A stretch of DNA of 64,000 nt from the human T2T-CHM13v2.0 reference genome, Homo sapiens. The DNA lies in assembly GCF_009914755.1 (NCBI RefSeq), contig NC_060926.1, one strand, 5' to 3'. The notes under the pieces were generated by a model, which did no database searches, was not told the origin of the DNA, and saw nothing but the letters and a program-made list of their open reading frames with translations. A program made the position numbers and the translations under genes. Below are positions 53,450-64,000 of this stretch, one piece after another; positions within the stretch are counted from its first letter, which is position 1; the number at the start of each line of letters is the position of its first letter.

Positions 53450-56400
53450 TAAATGGGCTTGCAATGTGTGTCCAGTTTAAGGTGAAATTGTGAAATAAAT
53501 GAGCTTTAGCTTTTTCTCACATCTTAGTTTGTCCCCAGATGTTCTTCCTTGCCCATTTTTAGCTTCATCCTTCATCAGTCATAACAACCTTGCCCTGGAA
53601 AAAAACCTGGACTTAAAATAACCAGACCAGGGTTTAACTCCCAATTATAATACAAGCTATAAGGGCATTGGGCAAGTTCTTTCCTGGACTTTGCGCTCAT
53701 TCATATGAACTTGCCAGCCATGTTGGCTATAAGAATCAAATTTTATGGTACACTGACAGGTGCTTTGCAAACTATAGAGTGTCATGTCAATGTGATGGGT
53801 ATGATTAATGGTGACACCTAAATCCTGGAACCTGGGCTGCTTCCTCAACATGCCACTATTTATTTTAAGTCACTACTGATGTGCTTAGCTTGGACATAAT
53901 CCCTCTAGGTTGTGTGTCTGTCTCTATTCTCCCAAAATGGTCCTGTGTAATTTCCTCTTAGGGTCCTATTTTCTCCCTTCAGTATTCCATCTATATAATC
54001 AGATAAACTTAATGTACATTATTGAACTAGTAAAAAAAAAAAATAGAAGGTAGCTGTTGTATACTGTGTGGCAAACATGTATAATGTGATAAACTTGTGT
54101 ATATTATAATAAACTTATAAATATAAATGATCTCATAGAAGAAAGTCTACTGCGGTAGACTGTGAAAGTCAAAAAGGCTGTGGGTTCACATCACTCCCCT
54201 CTCTCTTGGTTGTTCTGTGATCTAGACCAGCATTTCCAAGTTATGTAGAAACAGAGAGATCAAAGTATGGGAAAACAAAGTTAAATAAGTTCCTTTTCCA
54301 TGGTATTAATGTGCACTGGGAATATTCAACATGGAGATTTGTGCATCTTTTTTCAAACTTGTTAGACGGTGGAAGATTTTTTTCAAAGGAAATATCTGGG
54401 TAACTGTTTTAAGGGGTGCATTAGGGAAAGTCTGCATTTAGCAAATTCTAAAAAATGGGATAATGATAGTTGGCCTCAGAGTGTTTGCAGGATTAAATGA
54501 AGTATGTGAATGCGGAGGCAGGGGCTACTGGGCATAGAAGGCTTCAATAGCAATGCCTCAGGGGCTGTCATCTGAGAGATGTTTAAATGGTGATGCCTAG
54601 GAAATGTCACGGCGTCAACAAATGGGGAATGCGTGCTCAGGTGAACTCTAAGCAGGCAGTGATTCCCCTCTACCTCTCTATAAGGGGGCTTACAAACCCT
54701 TCTCATCATCCAGCACCCCAGTAAGGTATCCCCCTGACATTCTGTGAGTGTGCTAAGGACTCTAGACCAAGAAGAAGGGCTTGAAAGACAAAAGCAATGT
54801 GGACTTCAAGAAAGACTACAGATGGAAGCCATGCAGAGGCCTTCACCACAAAAAAAAAAAAAAACTGGTTAAATTGAATACCAGCTTTTTAGGTTAAAAA
54901 AAGCAGGGGAACTGAAAACCAGTACAAGATCCATTGTCTACCCTTCGTAGTTTCTCAGATATGACTATGTTTAAGACACTGAACTTTATTCACATTAGGG
55001 GCATGGGCTCAGTAATTCTCAATCTTCATCATAGTTTTCCATCTTTGTCATCAATCCCAACTTAAAAGAACCCCTTGGGTGTGCTTGCACACAAGTGGGT
55101 ATCTGATGTGCATGGACCAAACTTGCTCGATTAGAGTCAGATTCTGGCATCCACAGCGGGCAAAAATAGGTTAGCAGTGCCCTTCACATCAGTCACAAGA
55201 GGTAAGTGCTAGATGGCATACACTAGATGCTCAATGCATTCTCATTCCTTTGTTTCACATTCACTGATTTCACAATATTCCTTGAGGATCTGCAGCTGAC
55301 AGTCCTGTGATAAGTGCTGGGAACTACAGATGAACAGGACAGACAAGGTCCTGATTCTCATCGGCCTCTGCTCCAATGATAGAAAGTATTCATGTATTTA
55401 ATGTGGAATGAAGAATGGAAGGAGAACCCTCGTCCCCTCCGGAGGCTTATATAAGTTAGTATTGTAAACTCTTAAAGGCACAGCACTCATCCTCTGGTCC
55501 GAAAGAGTGATCAATGTAGGATTTACGGGTAGCCCCCTGTCAGCAGATAATGGTCCTGTATCAGGCTTCTGAGCAGGTGTCTGGAAAGGCAGGTTCTTCT
55601 GGGGCCCTCTGCTCTCTTGCAGGTAAGGACAATTTCTAGTAAATGGCCTGGGTGCTACAAACGATCACATTTATTTTGTATTCTCTGGATCACGGTCTTT
55701 TCTCTAGATGACAAGGCCCCTCTGCCATGACTCAAGGTGGAAGCTTGATGCAGATCTAGCCAAGATGATTGGCCAACCCCACGCAAGCGGGCAAGTCAGG
55801 CTGCAAGTCACATTCCCATCAAGGAATGCTCCTGGAATATGACCTTCTCTCTTGGTTTACTTCCCATCCCCTGGTGTTAAACACAAGAGGATATTAAACA
55901 GAGATGGCTCTAAGGAATCTAAAGAATTCTCTAAAGAACTGTGTGAACAAGAAGCCTAATTTCCCATTCTGTGCCATGATCTCTCTTTTGTTGCCAAGTT
56001 ATCATGACTGCACTAAAAATGGATTCAAACTTTTCATCAACTATAAATTTGACTTGGAAGAGGGCTGATATAAATGAAGGAAGGGGGATGCTGCCAATAG
56101 CCATCTACAGGTTCAAATAGCACAGAAGAAAAATTGATTGAACTTTCCCGGATGGGAGGGCAAAGCAGATGTAAAAGACAAAAAGGGAAAGAAAAAGAAT
56201 GGTTGCAATAAGAGGTACCTTGACAAATGGTGGGTGTTTTCCATATACTTGATCCTCAAAGGATTCAATGACAAGCACAGAGAGATTTCATTTAATTGTG
56301 AAAAGTTAAAGTGCCTGGGAAAATAATAAGAGATGGCTCATAGTCCACAGAAGTCCTCTTGGTTTGAATGGCTTTTTTCCTTACACGATTTTAATATTAT

Positions 56401-56508
56401 TTGCACCTTATTGTTAGTTTTCTTTTTATGAATCAGTGAAATATTTTCTCTGTACAAATGGCATCAAAATCTTTCTGTCTAGTCCTGATGACTCTTTCTA
56501 GTTATTTA

Positions 56509-56590
56509 TGCCTGCCTGCCTTCCTTCCTTCCTTCCTTCCTTCCTTCCTTCCTTCCTTCCTTCCTTCCTTCCTTCCTTCCTTCTTTCCCT
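56509..56590. repeat. (CCTG)n-(CCTT)n tetranucleotide STR
   Basis: Visible; ~16 CCTT units. Confidence 0.95.
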
Positions 56591-56789
56591 AGATAGGAGA
56601 TTGCCTCCTGAGTCCAGGGCACTGAGAACTCAAGGGTTTCAAAGTCTGCCTTTAGAGAGTTTATAATCTGGAAGAGGAAATAACACATTACCCTAATGCA
56701 AGGTGGAATCCAAACATACAGGTTGTGATATAGAGGAGAGAGAAACCAGTTTTGGCTCCATACTTATTTCCGCTTTATCACCCACCTGT

Positions 56790-57110
56790 GGTCAGCATAG
56801 TGCTTAAGAACATGACTTTGACTACTATGCAAGATATCCATGTAACCAAACTGCACTTGTACCCCTTATACAAAAAATAAAAGAACATGACTTTGATTCA
56901 GATTGGTGGGTTCAGACCCAAATGGCTGGGTCACCTTGGGCAGAATATTTACCCTCTTTAAGTTTTATTTTTCCCATATGTAAAATGGGGAGGTAATAAT
57001 AATAATAATAATAAATAGTGCTCACTTCTAGTGTTGAGGACTGAATAAGGCAGTGGCTATAAAGCATCTAGCAGAGAGTGAATAGTAAATAGCACATAGT
57101 AAATGCTACA
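56790..57110 (+). mobile_element. MIR
   Basis: CAGCATAGTGCTTAAGAACATGACTTTG...GTCACCTTGGGCAG...CCCATATGTAAAATGGGG. Confidence 0.75.
56822..56880 (+). mobile_element. 59-bp L1 (L1PB/L1MA-type) extreme 3' fragment
   Basis: CTATGCAAGATATCCATGTAACCAAACTGCACTTGTACCCC plus A tail; 16-bp TSD AAGAACATGACTTTGA. Confidence 0.85.
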
Positions 57111-57389
57111 TAGAATGAATTGTGTCTTCTATCATAACTTATCCTTCCTTCTAACATCCTTGCCTGAATCGATGGCCCCCTTCTCCCTGGTCATGAGGCT
57201 TTCACCCCAGGAGTTTCCCCTCTTCCTTCTCTTTGCCCTCTACCTCCAGCCACCAAGCTGTGTATGGGTTGTCCCTGCACAAGGTCTTTTCCTCCTGCTG
57301 TTCATGTCCACACTGACATCTGAATTGTGGCCCTCTTTAATATTAACTAGCAATCACTATTTTGATCTTTGTTTATTTGTTATATAAAT

Positions 57390-58130
57390 AAATCTTATTG
57401 TGTATATTTGAGGTTTACAACATGATGCAATAGGATACATATAGACAGTCGAATAGTTACTGTGGTGAAGCAAGTTAACCTATTGTACTAGTCAGTTCTT
57501 GCATTGCTATAAAGAAATACCTGAGACTGGGTAATTTATAAAGAAAAGAGGTTTAATTGGCTTGTAGTTCTGCAGGTTGTACAGGAAGCCTAATGCTGGC
57601 ATCTGCTAGGCTTCTGAGGAGGCCTCAGGAAACTTACAGTCACGGCAGAAGAGGGAGCGGGCACGTCTTACATAGCAGGAGCAGGAACAAGAGTGAGGCG
57701 GGAGGCACCACACACTTTTAAACAACCAGATCTATATCACGATCACTATCACAAGAACAGAACCAAGGGGATGGCGTTGAACCATTCGTGAGATACCATC
57801 CCCATGATCCAATCACTTCCCACCAGGCCCCACTTCACATTGGGAATTACAATTAGACATGAAATCTGGGTGAGGACATGATCCAAATCATATCACCTAC
57901 CTTCTCTCATAGTTACTTTTTTGGGGTGACGAGAGCAACTAAACCCTACTTATTTAACAAAAAATCCCTAATACAATAAAATGTGATTAACTCTAGTCCT
58001 TAGGTTGTACGTTAGAGCCCCAGACTGTTTCATCCTACATGTCTGCTACGTTGTATCCTTTTTTCACCAACATCTTCCCACTTCCTTCTCCCCCTCTCCT
58101 ATCCTTGCTAACCACTGTTTTATTCTTTGT
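57390..58130 (-). mobile_element. L1MA 3' end, split by an MST LTR
   Basis: TTATTGTGTATATTTGAGGTTTACAACATGATG...TCTCATAGTTACTTTTTT...TAACCACTGTTTTATTCT. Confidence 0.75.
57484..57895 (-). mobile_element. MSTA solo LTR
   Basis: TGTACTAGTCAGTTCTTGCATTGCTATAAAGAAATACCTGAGACTGGG...ATCCAAATCATATCA; TSD CCTA(T/C). Confidence 0.9.
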
Positions 58131-58477
58131 CAGTTAATGCTTTAGAGGGTTTGTTCTGTAGATGTGTTCTTTCATTTACCTATAGTAACACCTATATGTG
58201 ATTGGTACTATTGTTTTCATGTCCTTTTGCAGGAGGGAAACTATCTTGGTTTGTTTGGACTGCTGTAACAAAGTACCATAGATTAGGTACTTTATAAACA
58301 ACAGAAATTTATTTCTCACAGCTCTGGAGGCTGAAGTTCCAGATCAGTCTAACAGCACGGGTGGATTCTGGTGAGGACTCTCTTCCAGGCTGCCTACTGC
58401 AGACTTCTAGAATCCTCCATGGGAGAGAGCAGAGACAGGAGCTAGTTGCCTGGCCTCTTCTAAAGGCATTAGCCCTA

Positions 58478-59155
<678 letters not shown>

Positions 59156-59435
59156 GTTTTTTGTTTGTTTGTTTGTTTTACCTTTTATTTTAGGTTCAGG
59201 GGTACATGTGAAGGTTTGTTACATAGGTAAACTCGTGTCATGGGGGTTTGTTGTATAGATTATTTCATTACCCAGGCACAAAGCCCAGAACCCTATAGTT
59301 ATTTTTTCTGCTTCTCTCCCTCCTCTCACCCTCCAGCCTCAAGTTGGTCACAGTGTCTGTTGTTCCCTTCTTTGTGTCCATGAGTTTTCACCATTTAGCT
59401 CCCACATATAAGTGAGAACATGAAGTATTTGGTTC
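59156..59435 (-). mobile_element. L1PA (PA13-16-like) 3' end
   Basis: TTTTATTTTAGGTTCAGGGGTACATGTG..GGTTTGTTACATAGGTAAAC...CATTTAGCTCCCAC.TATAAGTGAGAACATG. Confidence 0.85.
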
Positions 59436-59836
59436 ACCCTCATAACCTACTTACCTCTCAAAGGCTCCACCTCCAAATTCCATCATATTGGAATTAGGGT
59501 TTCAACTCACACATTTTGGGGAGAACACAAATATTCCATCCATAGCAGAAACTAAGTCTTAAGGAGATGAAAGAGCCAGCCCAAGGTAACACAGCTTGGA
59601 AGCACAGACACCTGGGCTTGGACCAGACCTGGTTGCCCAGTAAGCCCCACATCCTCCTTTCTGCCCTAGAGGGGAAAGGGCAATATCTTTGTTTACAGGG
59701 AAAGCAGTTCTCTAGCCCTCAGCTCCACTCATCAAAATTCTTTGCAAGAATTAGGTAGATTTACATTTGTGCTCATGAGATATATACACAGTAGACTATA
59801 CTGTTTGAAAATCCATGCACCCAAGCTTGACTGTCT

Positions 59837-60139
59837 TTTTTTTTTGAGACAGAGTCTTACCTTGTCACCTAGGCTGGAGTGTGGTGGCATGATATTGACT
59901 CACTACAACCTCCACCTCCCAGGTTCAAGCAATTCTCGTGCCTCAGACTCCTTAGCTGGGACTGCAGGTGTGCACCACCACACCTGGCTAATTTTTTTTT
60001 TTCTGGTATTTTTTTTTTTTGTAAAGATGGGGTTTCACCATGTTGGCCAGTCTGGTCTTGAACTCCTGACCTCAAGTGATCCACCCACCTTGGCCTCCTA
60101 AAGTGTTGGGATTACAGGCGTGAGCCACTGTGCCCTGCC
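59837..60139 (-). mobile_element. Alu (AluSz/J-type)
   Basis: Full dimer; TSD AAGCTTGACT(G/T)TCT. Confidence 0.92.
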
Positions 60140-60877
60140 CTAAGCTTGACTTTCTGAGTTAAAGTTCTGATCCACCATTTGCTAGTTGTGTGAGCTTGAA
60201 CAAGCAACTTGTCCCCAGTTCCTATAACGTTAAAATAATAATAATAACTACTTCGGAGGCTTTGTAAAAATTCAAAGAGGCAAATTACAAAAAGAGCCAA
60301 GAAAAATCTTTGGTACATTGTAAGCATTCAATATGAACCTGTGTCCAAGGAAAAGAACAGTATTGTCTGCTTTTTGTTGCATCATTTACCTCTCCCAGTG
60401 ACTTCAGCATAATGAGCACTCAAAACACAGGTGGATTGATGGGATAGCACTGGCGTTCTTCTGAATAAATTAAGGAGATTATACAATTAACAGTGAAGAA
60501 ACTTTAGAATATCCATAGGAACGTTATAAGAGACATGTAAAATAATCGTGTTGCCTTTGTCCAGGCTCGTTTAGGGTATGATCTTTCAGATAATGATTTT
60601 TTTTTTAAAGTAGTAAATAAGTTTAGTGTTAACTCGTCAGGGGTCATGAGATTTCTTCTACTCCAGGAGTAGTTTAAGGAAATTGAGATCAGCCCTTGGG
60701 CCGTGTGTTGGAACTGCTGAGCAAGCAATTTCACTTGGAATGGGGGATAAAATAAGAGCAAGATTTTTGTGAATACTCCTAAATGATTTGACTGTATTTC
60801 TTGCCTTACTAGAACAACTGAGTACCTTATCTATCCCTGAACAGGTGAGGAATGCCCAATGCATGCTATTGGTTAGT

Positions 60878-61033
60878 CTGCTATTCTGAGAGTGGTCACA
60901 GACCACCAACAGCAAGCAGCTCCTAGAACGTTGTTACAAATACAGAATCTGGGCCCTACCCCAGACTAAACAAGTATCTGCATTTTAACAAGATCTCCAG
61001 ATAATTAGTGTGCACATCAAAGTAGGAAAGCAA
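60878..61033. mobile_element. MER5A hAT DNA transposon
   Basis: TTGTTACAAATACAGAATCTGGGCCCTACCCCAGACT...ATCTGCATTTTAACAAGATCTCCAG. Confidence 0.8.
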
Positions 61034-63134
61034 TGATATGAAAGTTAAAAGACAGTAGAATTAGAAGTAGTATTTGTCATATTATATGTTGGCTTTTCTA
61101 TTGTACAAGGGAAATGGGGCTCTGATTCGTAAGATGAGATGAATGAGGTTTTATACGCAGAGCCTCTTTTGAAGAGAAACCAACCTCTGGCGGCAAAGAG
61201 GCATCTCATTATTCAAAACGTGTACTTTTTACTACAAACTGTAATCATTGGCCAGATTGGAAAGAACTTCTGTTAACTTCTAGGAGAAGGCTCCCTGTTA
61301 ACTTCCAGGGGAAGCACAATGACTAGGGACCAAAAGCAGGCTGCCATACCCGCCTGGCCAAGTTATCCAGAGAGCACAGAATTATAATATGCCCAGCCCT
61401 GGTGACTGCAGAGTGAGCGAGGTTGCTGTGTGGGGATTGCTCAGAGAAAACTCTTGTATAAAAATATTGCCCATTTAAGGACTCTGAATTTCTACAGGAA
61501 ATATTGGAAGTTACAGGGCTTTAGGTAACAGTAACTAGCCTATTGTGGAATATAGTACATATATGTTTGGCTAACGGAGAAAGGAAAAATAAAAATTTCT
61601 TCTGATGCAATGGTGCTAGCCTGCCTGCAGGCTGAAAAATGGATTCTGGTTAGGGTTCCGGTGATGTAGCAAGCTTTTGAACCAACCTTAGAGATCTTCA
61701 ATCTGTTTTTCTGGGTTTCACAAAAATTAAATGACTTGCCCAGGGCAAAAGGGTTGCTTATGTCTGGATCTACTTTTCCTCATATGAGTCATCTTGAATA
61801 ATGTAACCTCGAACTTCAGTGTACTAAATTTGACGTAGAAACTGCTCTTATAAATGATCCAAAAGTAATAGAAGGGGAAAAAAGAGTGACAAGAAAAACA
61901 AAATAAGGGAAGTAATAAAGTAGGCATTGACTATGGAGATAAATGTTCTAAAATACTTCAGATATGACTTAAGGTTGTCATAACAGTTGAAGCATGTAAA
62001 CTTTTTCCTGTTGAAGTGAAGCTATGAAATATGGGGTTTTGTTGACTATTTAAAAAGTAGTGTATTAATCAAATTACTCCAAATGTGTCATTGACTCACT
62101 GCATAAAAGACAGGAGATTTGTCATTAGAACAAATGTTGCTGAACCATGAAATCTGAGCTGCATAAAAGTAAATACTGCTATCCTGTGAAGTGTATAAAA
62201 AAGGAAAAAAAAAATGACAGCTAAAAGTGACACCCAAGATCCCACGAAGCAATTTACAAAAACAATTGTTAATATATACAAATCAGTTCAAGGGAAAGAA
62301 AACAACAGGAGTTGTCTAGAATTTCCAACACTTTTGAGCCCTCTTCTGGCCAGTAAATGGTGACAGAAAATCAAAGACTAAATAACATCTGGAAAATAAC
62401 AAAAATACAAAACCCATAATAAATATATATTGGCTTTAAAAGAAAAATCAAAACAAAATTGTTTTACTGGGTCAGATAAAACATTTCTGGGATGTAAGGA
62501 CTCCACTTTGCCTTACCTCTTGTCTGCTACATGTGTAAATGAAAGAAAAAAATGTAATGATCTTGATAGACATTTGAAAGCAACAAGTAAACCTTTTTTT
62601 CTTCTGTGGCAGGAGGAGGATAAGGAATATATTTCTTTCTAAATATCAAGAAAATTGGATTATATGAATATCAGAAGCAAAATTTTCGCAAATTTGTGTA
62701 CTTTACTGAGTGTCATCTTGGTGCTCCTCAACAAGGTCTTCTTCTGCACTCTTTCTACAACTAATTTTGGGGATTATGGATGGCAATGAGCTTAATCAAT
62801 CAAGCCAAAATCAAAGCCAAAGGCTCATTAATAAATAGAGCCTAGTAACATAGGCTTATGCTTTTACTCTTTAAGCAATTCTAGGAATCAGCAACCATTA
62901 AGAAAACCACTCCACAAATCATCTTCAACTCCTGGATACAGCCTCACATGCATGGGTGCTTCTGGAACTGCCCGGCACATAAGAAGTCCTCCAAACAGGC
63001 AGTGGTGTCTTAGCACCACCTCTTCTGACTCGACCAGAATGATAGCACTTGTGTTATGAAGTGGGGTCAATAAAGATGATGTATGTTTCAGTTAAGAAAT
63101 GTATCAGAATATTCTACTGAGTAAGGTATTATAA

Positions 63135-63454
<320 letters not shown>

Positions 63455-64000
63455 GCCACATATTGTTCATACTGGAACATATTGCCAAGATTGTTTTGAG
63501 ATTTTATGCCTCTAAATTTGGAAATATTGAAATCCTAATAAAATATTCTAAAGGTAGTGGGATTCTGACAAAGAAACTTCATTGTAAGAACCCAGCTATG
63601 AATATGTTAGGGGTTAAATTCAAAGAATTACTGAATAGCTTCCTAATTGTCTTAAAAGAGGGCCACTTCATAGAAGTAAATTTAAATGGAGCATGTGAGA
63701 TAGACTCAGGGTCAAGGCTTTTAATAATTGCTTTGTTAGGAAACATTAAAAAAAAACCTGTGAAAAATCAGAAATCACCAAAACCTGTGCAATTTCACAG
63801 AGTTTAAAAAAAGAGAAAATAAGTCCAGTTCCTGAGTCTATTGATATTAAACAATGCTTAAAATCCACACACTTTACTGAAAAAACAAGTTTGAGGCATT
63901 ACATCAAGGCTCTCACAACCAGAATAAGTTGAAATAGAACAAGTCTCTTTTTGGAGGACCACTTGCCAACAAGTCACTTGAAGTAAGAGGTTAAAGCATG

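Noticed and set aside
61166-61203. GCCTCTTT...AAAGAGGC short inverted repeat with a partial CTCF-like GCCGCCAGAGG
   Set aside because: An 8-bp stem is expected by chance, and the CTCF core lacks the GGCGC/GGCAG half.
61270-61314. 20-bp imperfect tandem duplication CTGTTAACTTC.AGG.GAAG
   Set aside because: Ordinary slippage duplication with no further structure.

Overview
Human (primate) non-coding genomic DNA; an AluYb8, a human-specific subfamily, points to Homo. I see no protein-coding exon, RNA gene or CpG island, and the supplied ORFs are almost all Alu, L1 or ERV read-through or chance. The main elements are: (1) a two-LTR HERV-H provirus on the minus strand (6573-12735; TTATT target-site duplication (TSD), tRNA-His PBS, decayed gag/pro/pol, env mostly deleted); (2) a piggyBac MITE, MER75, whose 3' end is cut off by a chimeric AluYb8 with no TSD, the signature of a recent Alu-insertion-mediated deletion and the most interesting observation here; (3) a nested L1ME/MLT1/ERVL-MLT2/ERV1-LTR/AluSc stack (22.1-29.0 kb); (4) a near full-length old L1PB (29.0-39.7 kb) holding a three-LTR MaLR and a THE1 solo LTR, with several apparent templated-repair scars; (5) many MaLR LTRs, Alus and MIR/L2/MER fragments. 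I found no evidence for a new biological system, only structural and evolutionary oddities. Subfamily calls come from remembered consensus sequences and need RepeatMasker/Dfam confirmation.
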